64,000 nt of DNA from Candidatus Bathyarchaeia archaeon (GCA_049513715.1 JBEKVV010000002.1:1-64000); one strand, 5' to 3'; positions 19,885-28,726 are shown, counted from the first letter of the stretch. Notes: generated by a model from the sequence alone, not told the origin. Made by a program: numbers and translations.

Positions 19885-20247
19885 ATCAGAAACCTAAAAC
19901 GAGCACGACGGAAGCATTCTTCCTTGGTGCAAGGGACTTCAAACAACTTGAATGGCCGGGCATACCCACCCTTCAATTGGTGGAATCACCCTACTACTAC
20001 CTTTCATTCTCAGCGAGGAGGTAGTTGGTCGCCTGCGACCAAGCAGTTGGTCAGGAGCTGCCTGACGCAATCCGAAATAGCGGCATTTCACCCGTGAATA
20101 GGCTACATTTCAACGCATAATGGCAGCCAACGGGTAGTTCACCCTTTTCCCCAGAATGACGGGTATTGTCTTCACTGTGAAGCATTCTCCATTGGTGCTC
20201 ATGGTAAACGTTTTCTGCTGGATTGCATGAATTCATTTTGGTTTGAC

Positions 20248-20295
20248 ATGTCTTGGAAATACACTGACGAGTACTACAAGAATAAAGACGCCTAA
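20248..20295 (+). pseudogene. Displaced 5' end of the methyltransferase at 27887..28726 (attL side)
   Basis: ATG TCT TGG AAA TAC ACT GAC GAG TAC TAC AAG AAT = MSWKYTDEYYKN, joining in frame to YKNYTRQTWDEC at 27902 through shared TACAAGAA. Confidence 0.8.
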
Positions 20296-20324
20296 ATCTA
20301 CTTACCGTTATACTGAGAGTTCGA

Positions 20325-20888
20325 TTACACGTCGAAGCCTTGTTCTCGCATTTCTTCCACCGTTGGAATCTTCACTATCATACGCGGTTCCCCGTCTTTC
20401 GTTTTGTACGCCATAACCCAGAGGGCATTGAGATCGACATGTCTGCCGCCTGGTAAGGTGTGGCGTTCTGGAATGTTGACTTCTTTGAAGAATGGTTTCC
20501 CGTTGGCATCGAAGTCAATTGCGGGTGTTCCAAACCAGAAGGCTTTCTTGTGTACTCTTTGAACTTCATTCCATACTCGACGGAAATCTTTTCGCTTCTG
20601 AGCCTCGACATCGTTCTTAGAGACTTCGAGGCCGCGAGAAGTCTGTAAGAGGACACGTCCTAGTGCCTTGATGTGGTACTTCTTTTCTACATGGTCAACG
20701 GCTCCGTAGTCTTTCAACGGATTCATGTTTACGCTGAACCATCGCTCGGATATTTTCGCGGCGGACCTGATTTCCTTCCAGCTTGAGCCCTCTTCATTTT
20801 TGTCTAGGTGTTCAAGGATTTTGATTTGATATTCATTTGGCTTGAAGTTGGAAATCGTCTTCTTTTCTTTCATCTTCATTTGTGGCAC
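20325..20888 (-). CDS. Winged-helix transcriptional regulator (repressor-like)
   Basis: QIKILEHL..SSWKEIRSAAKISERWFSVNMNPL..YHIKALGR; divergent from the main element operon. Confidence 0.7.
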   Translation of the reverse strand: MPQMKMKEKKTISNFKPNEYQIKILEHLDKNEEGSSWKEIRSAAKISERWFSVNMNPLKDYGAVDHVEKKYHIKALGRVLLQTSRGLEVSKNDVEAQKRKDFRRVWNEVQRVHKKAFWFGTPAIDFDANGKPFFKEVNIPERHTLPGGRHVDLNALWVMAYKTKDGEPRMIVKIPTVEEMREQGFDV

Positions 20889-20890
20889 TT

Positions 20891-20940
20891 CAGTACAGTT
20901 GCTTTACTACAGTACAGTTCTTTACATTACCATTATAAAC
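20891..20940. promoter_or_regulatory. Divergent promoter with tandem operator-like repeats
   Basis: CAGTACAGTT(G)CTTTAC at 20891 and 20910, then TTATAAAC box at 20933. Confidence 0.55.
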
Positions 20941-20972
20941 GCTTTGGAAGTGTATTCAATGCTTGGATAGCC

Positions 20973-21086
20973 ATGGAACAATGGAAATACATTCGCATTA
21001 CTGAGGAAGTGCACGACAAATTAACTGGCTTAGGGAAGAAAGGCGAATCCTACGACCAAATTCTAAGGCGGGTTCTGCCTGAATGA
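20973..21086 (+). CDS. Small ribbon-helix-helix-like DNA-binding protein
   Basis: MEQWKYIRITEEVHDKLTGLGKKGESYDQILRRVL, typical archaeal K.GESYD.ILRR family. Confidence 0.75.
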   Translation: MEQWKYIRITEEVHDKLTGLGKKGESYDQILRRVLPE

Positions 21087-21178
21087 ACATCGCGTATAGT
21101 TGCCCGTTCTGCCCCTGGCGTAAGTCCTCGACAACGATTCCGGAAATTCGGGCGCACCTGGAGGAAAACCACCGTTGA
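21083..21178 (+). CDS. 31-aa C2H2 zinc-finger protein (absent from ORF track)
   Basis: MNIAYSCPFCPWRKSSTTIPEIRAHLEENHR*; ATGA and TTGA overlaps with both neighbours. Confidence 0.7.
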   Translation: MNIAYSCPFCPWRKSSTTIPEIRAHLEENHR

Positions 21179-21510
21179 GTAAATGCCCAAGTTGCGGAGC
21201 GATTCTCGAATTAGTAGTCGGCACCGATTACACGAAAGCGCAAGCCATCTTAGGCACTAAGGCTTCGGGAAGCGATCTCACCAATGAACAGCTAGCCGTT
21301 CTGAAGTGGAAACAATCGCAGAAGAGGGAGGCGCTTTCCACCCTACTCGTCACAACGGAGCTGCTTAACATCCCCATAGCCAAACTGCTCTATGAACGTT
21401 TGAAGTCATCCTCGAATTTGAGTTGGAAACTAGGAGAAATAACGTACAAACTCAGCAGAACCGACGCCGCGGAATTTCTACAACGCTGGTCACCAATTGC
21501 TGCTCGCTGA
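21175..21510 (+). CDS. Hypothetical protein with N-terminal CPSCG knuckle
   Basis: Translationally coupled in the element operon. Confidence 0.65.
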   Translation: MSKCPSCGAILELVVGTDYTKAQAILGTKASGSDLTNEQLAVLKWKQSQKREALSTLLVTTELLNIPIAKLLYERLKSSSNLSWKLGEITYKLSRTDAAEFLQRWSPIAAR

Positions 21511-21724
21511 ATGCGTGACCTGCCGAGATAATCCTGGCGAACGGGTTTGCCGCCACGGGCTTGGAATGTGGGCTGTCGTTAGACATGACGACATCACGGG
21601 GTTATGGTTCGACCTACACGGCCACATCCACACAAATCATAAGATGGCGATTCTTCCGGCCACGAAATACCAAGTCATCATTCTGCCTTCGCATAAGTCA
21701 CTCGTGCCAACGGAGATTACTTGA
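21497..21724 (+). CDS. Small Cys/His-rich hypothetical protein
   Basis: CVTC..C.H..HGHIH; overlaps both neighbours. Confidence 0.5.
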   Translation: MLLAECVTCRDNPGERVCRHGLGMWAVVRHDDITGLWFDLHGHIHTNHKMAILPATKYQVIILPSHKSLVPTEIT

Positions 21725-22944
21725 TGCTTGAAAATGAAATCGTTGAGTTCTCTCCCGAAAGCCGAGACAGCGCCCTGAAACTACTCAGAGAACCAAACCT
21801 ATGGAATACGATGGACCAGGAATTAGAGATCGCAATCAAAGAAGACTTGGAAGGACGGCAAGGAACCTTTGCGATTGAACTCACCGCGTTTCTACCTAAG
21901 CCCGCTCATCTAATGTTGCTGGGTTCAAGCGCCATCGGCAAAACTTGGCTAGCGAAGCAGACAAGCGCATTCATTCCCGTCGAATATGTGCAAACCCTAG
22001 GATCCTCTACGCAGAGGGCTTGGTTCTACTGCGGCGAAGCCATTTACAAACCACATCCCATAATTCCCATGAAACAAGTAATTGACTATTACAAGGTTGA
22101 TTGGCGAAACAAAGTTGTCATAATTCTTGACAACGTGAGGCCGGAAACAATCAAGGACCTCAAACCGATAATGAGCCATGACGGACCAGTCATCGAACTC
22201 CAAACCACCGAACGAACGCAAGGCGGATCATTGAAAACCCGACGCGTGAAAACGCTTGGCTGCCCGGCTTTCGTGAACTGTTCGACTTGGCTTCAATGGG
22301 GCGCCGAGCTAACCAGCCGCCATTACTACTTAAGCCCGAAGGATAGTCCGCAGAAGTATGAGGCCGCCGCCAACTATCTCGACCAGGAATTTACGACGGG
22401 GCAAGCGCCAACAAGTAAGATAATTCCAATAATTCATGATGCAATACGTTACTTAGTGGGTCAAAACCTCAAAACGGTAATTCACCCCAATGTGATCGGG
22501 AAACTGAGAGAACGGTTCACGTGGAAATCAGGCCGCGACGTCCGCGATTATGAACGGGCCGCAACAATCACACAGGCCGTCGCGTGGTTCCATGCCCTAC
22601 AAAGAGAGCGCACAGAGCAGGGCGACGTAATAGCGGATGAACGAGATCTAGCGATTGTGAACGGCTTCATAGAGCCCCTACTGCGAACAAGCCGGTACGG
22701 AACAAGCAACGAAGTGTTAGACTACTATGAACGCGTGCTGAAGCCCCTAGCCGCAAACGGAGATGTTCACCACGCAGACGCCGCCACAAAATATCTCCAA
22801 GTCTACGATCGGCCCATAAAACGCGACGAAATTTACCAATACAACACAGTCCTCGAAGGCTTAGGCCGAATCGAACTCATCCAAGACCCGCAAGACAAAC
22901 GACGCCGCCTCATACGAATAACGGACACGCAAACACAACTATGA
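21721..22944 (+). CDS. P-loop ATPase, putative replicative helicase/primase-associated protein with C-terminal wHTH
   Basis: GSSAIGKT Walker A, VIILDN Walker B, ELTSRHY and GRDVRD arginine motifs, QDPQDKRRRLIRI wing. Confidence 0.7.
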   Translation: MMLENEIVEFSPESRDSALKLLREPNLWNTMDQELEIAIKEDLEGRQGTFAIELTAFLPKPAHLMLLGSSAIGKTWLAKQTSAFIPVEYVQTLGSSTQRAWFYCGEAIYKPHPIIPMKQVIDYYKVDWRNKVVIILDNVRPETIKDLKPIMSHDGPVIELQTTERTQGGSLKTRRVKTLGCPAFVNCSTWLQWGAELTSRHYYLSPKDSPQKYEAAANYLDQEFTTGQAPTSKIIPIIHDAIRYLVGQNLKTVIHPNVIGKLRERFTWKSGRDVRDYERAATITQAVAWFHALQRERTEQGDVIADERDLAIVNGFIEPLLRTSRYGTSNEVLDYYERVLKPLAANGDVHHADAATKYLQVYDRPIKRDEIYQYNTVLEGLGRIELIQDPQDKRRRLIRITDTQTQL

Positions 22945-23171
22945 GGAATGGAAGTGTGCCAATGAAACAGGAAATAGATGCTAATAGAAAGTGTGTCATT
23001 GAAGAATCAATCATAACACCACACAATCACCTAGCATCTACTTTTCACAAATACTCTCCCGGGAAGTGTGTTATTGTGAGAGCTGGTTCTTGTTGGGGTT
23101 TGGTACACCGTTCGAGTCCAATTTATTGGATGGAGTGTTACTATGATAATATTCGTTTGGTTGTGGTGTAA

Positions 23172-23519
23172 ATGAGCGAAGAACAACGGAAAACAGGCGG
23201 GCAACCGGACAACTTGAACGCCATGAAAGGCATAGGCGTCGAGCTCAAGAACTATGATCTGAACCAGGTTTCCGACTGCTTCCGCCTATTGCAGGTCATA
23301 ACGGAAGCCGTTCTTCAAGGACGCATAGGCGCAAGGGCCGCGGGCGCAGCAAACAACGCAATACGAATCATCCTCAGCTATCACAGCGATATTGCCCAAG
23401 TCGCAGAGAACAAGCGATTAATCGAGGAATCTAAGCGTCGAATCAAGGAGCTTGAGGCCAAACTGGACGAATTACAGCAACCTGTTTCACGCGTGAAACA
23501 AGAGGCGAATCAGCCTTGA
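23172..23519 (+). CDS. Putative terminase small subunit
   Basis: GGQPDNLNAMK resembles the GGQPGNxNA N-terminus of TerS-like proteins; C-terminal coiled coil; overlaps TerL start. Confidence 0.6.
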   Translation: MSEEQRKTGGQPDNLNAMKGIGVELKNYDLNQVSDCFRLLQVITEAVLQGRIGARAAGAANNAIRIILSYHSDIAQVAENKRLIEESKRRIKELEAKLDELQQPVSRVKQEANQP

Positions 23520-24973
23520 GCCTAGCTCTACAGGAACAAGAGGCCCATGAGATCCGCTTAGCCATAGACCACGTTCTATCTAGGCTTCCCACGGAGCGCA
23601 TAGACTTCAAGAAACTAGCGAAGGGTTGGCCTGCCTTCCAATCTGGGTTAATGGTCTATTCAGGCTTGAAGAAAGGCGAACCATTCAACCCCTTCCCCTA
23701 CCAAACTAGGGCGTTTGATTCCTTCTTTCTAAATGAGAAGACCGCCCTGCAATGGTCGAGGCAGACGGGTAAAACCGTGTGTACGGGCGCGTATGTTGTT
23801 TACCTTGCGAAGCAGGTTCCTGGGTTAACTGCGCTGGTTGCTTCATTCAGGCATGAGCAAAGCGTTCTATTGGTGGATGCTGTTTATGGCTGGTCAAAGT
23901 GGCACCGAGATCCAAGCTATGAAGCGAACCTTCCACGTCGACGGGCTCAAACCCACGTCTATTTCGAGAACGGTTCTAAGTTGTTCGCGGTTCCTCACGG
24001 TGAGGCCTCGATGGGGCGAACCTTGGATTTGCTAATCTTTGACGAAAGCCAAGAGATTCCGGACGAAGACCTACGGGCCAGTTCGCCAACTACCGCGGCA
24101 AGTGGTGGGCGTAGAATCTGGATTGGGACCGCGTTTGCGCCGGAAGGGTTCTGGTACGAGATCACGCAGGCCCCGCGGAAGCACGGTTTCAATTTGATTC
24201 GGGTTCCATATCAAGATGCTCTAGCGCCTAATGGTCCGGTGATTTCTGAGGCGGTTGAAGCGGACCGTTTGCTTTTGACGCCTGCTCAATGGAAAATGAA
24301 CTACGAGCTTACAGCCATTGCGGGCGTTAACAGGTTCTTTGAACGCGACCGCATCCTGGCCTGTCACAGTGTTGGACCGTTAGAGCCGATTCCTAAAGAC
24401 GCGCTATGGCTTGCAGGGCACGACCACGCAATAACACACGATGAATCTGTTTTGATGGCCGGTCCTTTGGTTAATGGTGTTTGGCATCAGAACCTTGTTG
24501 TGAGTTTTCCGCGAGGTATGCCTTTGAATCGGCAAGCCGAACGCGCCCTAACCGTTCTACCGGCAAACTGCACACTACACATAGATTCAACCGGCGAGGC
24601 GGGCGTTCAAATGCTAAGCGAATACGCTAGGCTTTCCGTGAACGTTCGCGCTTTCGACTACGGCAGGGCGGACGCGAAACCGCACCTAATGAGCCAGCTA
24701 TGGCAATGGATCCAAAACGGCAAGGTCCGAATCTATGACCAAGCCACAATAGACCAGCTCATAGCTTTCCGGTTCCATCTTTCAAGCACCGGGCATGAGA
24801 TTTACGGAGATGCAAGCCACGCGGACGACCGGGTGAACGCCCTTGCCTTGGCGATTGAAGGGGCCGCGCAAACACGCGAAGACAAGGGCGAATTTTCAGC
24901 CCTTTTCGTTGGCGGCGTGAATGATGGATCGGACCTAGCGGGCGCGATTGAGCGATGGAATGAGGTGATGTAA
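23516..24973 (+). CDS. terL: Terminase large subunit
   Basis: PFPYQ adenine motif, SRQTGKT Walker A, LLIFDESQ Walker B, IGT coupling motif, RNase H acids GHD..D, IDSTG, HADDRVNALALA. Confidence 0.9.
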   Translation: MSLALQEQEAHEIRLAIDHVLSRLPTERIDFKKLAKGWPAFQSGLMVYSGLKKGEPFNPFPYQTRAFDSFFLNEKTALQWSRQTGKTVCTGAYVVYLAKQVPGLTALVASFRHEQSVLLVDAVYGWSKWHRDPSYEANLPRRRAQTHVYFENGSKLFAVPHGEASMGRTLDLLIFDESQEIPDEDLRASSPTTAASGGRRIWIGTAFAPEGFWYEITQAPRKHGFNLIRVPYQDALAPNGPVISEAVEADRLLLTPAQWKMNYELTAIAGVNRFFERDRILACHSVGPLEPIPKDALWLAGHDHAITHDESVLMAGPLVNGVWHQNLVVSFPRGMPLNRQAERALTVLPANCTLHIDSTGEAGVQMLSEYARLSVNVRAFDYGRADAKPHLMSQLWQWIQNGKVRIYDQATIDQLIAFRFHLSSTGHEIYGDASHADDRVNALALAIEGAAQTREDKGEFSALFVGGVNDGSDLAGAIERWNEVM

Positions 24974-24976
24974 GCC

Positions 24977-25150
24977 TTGAAGAAACTGTTAGAGGACGTT
25001 CTGCCGCATCCTTGCCCTGAATGTGGTGGTCGCTTAATCCTCACGAAATGGGTTCCCGAAACCGAGCTGGAAAAGAAACCGGTGATTCAAGTTCAATGTG
25101 ACCGCTGCCGCAAATTCCTAGCAGGCCAAGAGGAAGCGTTCTCAAAATGA
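24977..25150 (+). CDS. 57-aa zinc-ribbon protein (absent from ORF track)
   Basis: MKKLLEDVLPHPCPECGG..VQCDRCRKF; GAGGTGA upstream; ATGA overlap with next ORF. Confidence 0.7.
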   Translation: MKKLLEDVLPHPCPECGGRLILTKWVPETELEKKPVIQVQCDRCRKFLAGQEEAFSK

Positions 25151-25500
25151 CAATCTCCACCGCTGTTTACGTGATGCAAGTTCTACAGAAAATGCGTAGC
25201 TTAGATGAACAGATGTCGCAATTGCGCAAGCACCTTCTTGAAGTGAACGCGGCGGAATGTCTTACGCCTCATTGTGGAGAACCGGCCCGGTGGCCTAGTC
25301 GATGGTGTCGTAACTGCCGGATCGAGCGTACGCGGATGCTTGGAAGGGAACGCGCAAGACAGTTCAGAGTCAACAAACGTAACGCGCGTAACGCACCCCT
25401 TACCCCTTCTATTGGGACGAATAGCAATGCACAACCCATTCAAGAAACAACCAATCTCGCCCAACCCTGCACCATTCGAGACCAAGGAAACCCTAGTTAG
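25147..25500 (+). CDS. Hypothetical Cys-containing basic protein
   Basis: CLTPHC..WCRNCR followed by Arg-rich helix. Confidence 0.55.
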   Translation: MTISTAVYVMQVLQKMRSLDEQMSQLRKHLLEVNAAECLTPHCGEPARWPSRWCRNCRIERTRMLGRERARQFRVNKRNARNAPLTPSIGTNSNAQPIQETTNLAQPCTIRDQGNPS

Positions 25501-25771
25501 ATTTCTTGGCTCACTAGCTGGGAAACTTGTAACCGGCGAAGTTTCCGTTCCACAGGCTGAAGCAACCATTCGCATTATCGGCAAATTCTACGAAGCATTG
25601 ACATTGAAAGATTTCGCGCTCGCCATCATCACGCCTCCCGAACCTGAACCAGAACCGAAATCTAAAGCCTACAACGTGACAACGGACGAACAATCAGCCA
25701 AAATGGACGCCCAAGCGAAAGCCGGTAATGAACTTCTCAATCGTTTCAGCGAACGCGGAGTAATTCAGTGA
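25427..25771 (+). CDS. Hypothetical protein, weakly similar to the TerS-like ORF
   Basis: LVRFLGSLAGKLVTGEVSVPQAEATIRII versus FRLLQVITEAVLQGRIGARAAGAANNAIRII; ATG at 25427. Confidence 0.5.
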   Translation: MHNPFKKQPISPNPAPFETKETLVRFLGSLAGKLVTGEVSVPQAEATIRIIGKFYEALTLKDFALAIITPPEPEPEPKSKAYNVTTDEQSAKMDAQAKAGNELLNRFSERGVIQ

Positions 25772-25775
25772 AGGG

Positions 25776-26060
25776 GTGAGAACACAAATGAATGAAGAAG
25801 AACGCAAACTATCCGAAGCCGAATTTGAAAAAGGCCTAGGCGACATGGTTAAGACGCTAAAGATGCTGAGTCGCGTTTCTCCGGCTTGGAAGAAAAAGGT
25901 AACAAGGAAAATCGCCGAAGCATTCAGCGAAGATGAAGGCGAATCAGAAAGCGAGGCTAAGGCAGCGCGACCGGTGAGAACCGAAGACGGAATGACAAAG
26001 GCGTTCAACGCAGAAATAAAACCGGCTTTGCAAAAGCGTTTCGGAGTCACGCACCAGTGA
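25776..26060 (+). CDS. Hypothetical helical protein
   Basis: Co-directional with the operon, SD-like GGGGTGA before the internal ATG. Confidence 0.6.
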   Translation: MRTQMNEEERKLSEAEFEKGLGDMVKTLKMLSRVSPAWKKKVTRKIAEAFSEDEGESESEAKAARPVRTEDGMTKAFNAEIKPALQKRFGVTHQ

Positions 26061-26089
26061 CCGGAAATCTGGTTGGAGGTGAAATGTGA

Positions 26090-26641
26090 ATGAGTGCAAT
26101 TAGCATCCCGCAAGAACCCTTCGACATGAAGAGCATAGGCTTCGATCCCAGCCAAGAAATTCCATTGGAAAACATCAACCCTGGTAGGCTTTCAGCTACC
26201 GCGAAAGTCGAATTGACCGTCCTACACGAAGACGGTTCGATGTTACGCGAACTTTTCATCGAAAAGGTTGGCCGAAGTCAAGAGGAAATAGCCAAGGACA
26301 TCAAAAAGGCCGAAGCTCAAGGACTTTACCAAAACAGCGAAGATTGGCAACGAATCAGAATGCTTGAACGACGCGAAAAACCGAAAGCGTACATTTTCCG
26401 ATACAAAGGCCTACTCAAAGAACTCAACGACTACATCAACGGTGTGTCGGTGGATACTGGCCAGGGCATCAAAACAGTCAGCGAAGGACACCCACGGACT
26501 TGGATCATAGGACGAAATGATTCATTCGGAAACTTAGACATTGAACAAAACTACGACAAAATTCTCAAGTACCACAACGATAGCGGCCGATTCAGCGAAA
26601 TCGTTGAAACCTCCTGGGATTTCGTGAAGAAGCAACGTTAA
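26090..26641 (+). CDS. Hypothetical protein (183 aa)
   Basis: Strong GGAGGTGA SD upstream; no recognised motif. Confidence 0.7.
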   Translation: MSAISIPQEPFDMKSIGFDPSQEIPLENINPGRLSATAKVELTVLHEDGSMLRELFIEKVGRSQEEIAKDIKKAEAQGLYQNSEDWQRIRMLERREKPKAYIFRYKGLLKELNDYINGVSVDTGQGIKTVSEGHPRTWIIGRNDSFGNLDIEQNYDKILKYHNDSGRFSEIVETSWDFVKKQR

Positions 26642-26720
26642 GGTGACTGGCGATGACGGCCCGCTTTTTTGTTAGGTTTACCAGCTGGGCCCAGCCTTCA
26701 CATTTTCGAGGTGAAATCAA

Positions 26721-26816
26721 ATGGTGAATGAATTTACATGCGGCGATTGCGGCCAGAAAGGTTCTTTGAACAAGGGGCTTGAGGAAGCAATCAAGCTCTG
26801 GCTCAAAGAGGCTTGA
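26721..26816 (+). CDS. 31-aa ORF, possibly a chimeric remnant
   Basis: GAGGTGA SD; MVNEFTCGDCGQKGSLNKGLEEAIKLWLKEA*, half a zinc knuckle plus an RHH-like tail. Confidence 0.35.
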   Translation: MVNEFTCGDCGQKGSLNKGLEEAIKLWLKEA

Positions 26817-26824
26817 GGGAAGGG

Positions 26825-27868
26825 CTAGTTCTCTGAAACCTTTATGCCCTTCACGGCCTCAACGAACTTCTTGAACCCTTCCGGGTCTTTCTGCATCGCG
26901 TTCTGCATAGCCACCCACAGATCCGTCTCGGGAACAACAACCGTCCCAGCGTAGACCTTCCTAAGCTCCGACCACATCCACGGCTCATCTCGATAGCATT
27001 TCTCGTAACCGCGCTGGTCGAGGATATGCCCTATTGCGAACTCTCCGACTTCATAAGGAACCTTGCTGAGCGTGCATCTTGTCTTGAAGCAGTCGCGCAT
27101 TTCGTGGACCGAGATATGGCCTTGAGTTGGTGGAATTGGTGCACGTTTCAAAGCGGTGTGAAAAGCTGAGCCCAGATATTGAACCATTAGGTTGTAGTGC
27201 TCAAAGCTGAAGGGGTGTCCTTTCTCGGTGCTGAACGGTAAAGTCACACCGGATGCCACGATCTCTTTTAGGAGTGTTACTGGAATCAGGGAAAAGTAGG
27301 GTTGTGGGTTCGTCTTGCGGTCCTGGAAGTTGAACCTGAAATATTCTTGGCTCGGGTTGCTGGCAAGATAGGCTTTCACGCGTTCCCAGGTCTCGGGTGA
27401 GTTGAATTTCAGAAGTTCACTTATGCCCCAGCCGCAATGAAGCATGAGTTTCAGCATGACGTTGTAGGGTTTCGAGGCGGAATTACAGACCGCTTGAGCC
27501 TCTTCCCAGCTTAAGCTGCCTGCCTGCCTTGTGCTCTTGGGATGCTTCAGGCGGTCCGCGGGTGGATAAATCCCGTGGAAGCGAACCCAGTTCTTCATCG
27601 CCATTAGGGCCAAGTGTTTGCCGACTGGGGTTAAGCCGTTCGAGTTTTTGGCGTGTGTCCAGAAGGCGTTAACGTCCTGCTTCGCTTGGCTCAAAGCCTC
27701 TTGAGGCGTTAGGGCCATGCCGCTGAGTAGTCTTCGCAAATAGTGGCGGTAGGATTTCACCGCGTGTTTGCTTAGTTCTTGATTTTGGATCTTGCTTTCA
27801 ATCCACTGGTCGATGAGGGGGGATTCTTTCGCCCATGATTGGTCGCTCAAGGTTCTTACCTGCACCAT
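26825..27868 (-). CDS. Tyrosine recombinase/integrase
   Basis: SAM-like N-domain (VKSYRHYLRRL), HCGWGISELL box I, RKT, HEMRD, AIGH and GYEK box II motifs. Confidence 0.88.
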   Translation of the reverse strand: MVQVRTLSDQSWAKESPLIDQWIESKIQNQELSKHAVKSYRHYLRRLLSGMALTPQEALSQAKQDVNAFWTHAKNSNGLTPVGKHLALMAMKNWVRFHGIYPPADRLKHPKSTRQAGSLSWEEAQAVCNSASKPYNVMLKLMLHCGWGISELLKFNSPETWERVKAYLASNPSQEYFRFNFQDRKTNPQPYFSLIPVTLLKEIVASGVTLPFSTEKGHPFSFEHYNLMVQYLGSAFHTALKRAPIPPTQGHISVHEMRDCFKTRCTLSKVPYEVGEFAIGHILDQRGYEKCYRDEPWMWSELRKVYAGTVVVPETDLWVAMQNAMQKDPEGFKKFVEAVKGIKVSEN

Positions 27869-27886
27869 CTACGGTATAACTTACTT

Positions 27887-28726
27887 ATGAATGTACGCTT
27901 TTACAAGAACTACACTCGGCAGACATGGGACGAATGCGCAGAAAAGTATGTGCCCTTACAGGGCCAGCTTGTCCCGTTTCACAGAATCCTTCTGGATAAC
28001 ATAAAACCACGACCGGCTGAGCGAGTACTTGACGTTTGCACTGGTCCAGGCGAGCCAGCTATGACCATCGCCGCAATGGTTGCACCAAACGGCCAAGTCG
28101 TAGGAATCGATCTATCCGCCAACATGACGGAAATCGCGACGAAAACCGCTGCAAAACGCCAGCTCCAAAACATTCAATTCCTCACGATGGATGCCGAAAA
28201 AATCGAATTGCCGCCGGCAAGCTTCGATCTCGCGGTATCGTGCTTCGGATTTCAAATCGTAACTGAGCCTGAGGTCGCTGCCCGGGAAATCCTTCGCGTC
28301 CTGAAACCAAATGGGCGTGCAGGCTTCACAGTTTGGAGTACGGGAGACAGAGCCACCGCCATAGATGTCCTGATTGGTCCCATGCTTGAACACGCGACGC
28401 CCGATGAGAACGGCTACTTACCCACACCATACGAGCTCGGGGGACCGGGCGAATTGGTCGAGATGCTGCAAAAGGTAGGGTTCGAGAAAACCAAAGAGGT
28501 ACGAACGCCTGGCGTTTGGACTGCCCATACCGCCGAGGAATACCTGACAATGATACTTGAGGGGACACCGCTCGGGCATTCCTTAAGCGAAGAGGACCCT
28601 GATGTCCAAAAGCTAATTGTGAAGAAGGCTCGTGAGAACATCGAACGTTATGAAACCGCCCAGGGCGTCAGTATTCCAACTGAATGCGTAGTCGTCCTCG
28701 CATCCAAGAGCACAAGCACCTACTAA
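27887..28726 (+). CDS. Class I SAM-dependent methyltransferase (integration target, N-terminus supplied by element)
   Basis: VLDVCTGPGEP, GIDLS, MDAE, SFDLAVS, LKPNGR; ATG 27887 lies inside the element. Confidence 0.9.
   Translation: MNVRFYKNYTRQTWDECAEKYVPLQGQLVPFHRILLDNIKPRPAERVLDVCTGPGEPAMTIAAMVAPNGQVVGIDLSANMTEIATKTAAKRQLQNIQFLTMDAEKIELPPASFDLAVSCFGFQIVTEPEVAAREILRVLKPNGRAGFTVWSTGDRATAIDVLIGPMLEHATPDENGYLPTPYELGGPGELVEMLQKVGFEKTKEVRTPGVWTAHTAEEYLTMILEGTPLGHSLSEEDPDVQKLIVKKARENIERYETAQGVSIPTECVVVLASKSTSTY

Larger units (their letters stand above)
20283..27909. mobile_element. 7.6-kb integrated virus-related element (candidate terminase-encoding satellite or reduced provirus)
   Basis: 8-bp direct repeat TACAAGAA at 20275-20282 and 27902-27909; integrase at right end; TerS/TerL, P-loop ATPase, zinc-finger ORFs, divergent regulators. 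Confidence 0.88.

Noticed and set aside
27839..27886. Methyltransferase start at 27839
   Set aside because: Overlaps the integrase start on the opposite strand; ATG 27887 fits better
20283..27909. Complete tailed provirus
   Set aside because: No recognisable or suitably sized portal, major capsid or tail genes between the att sites
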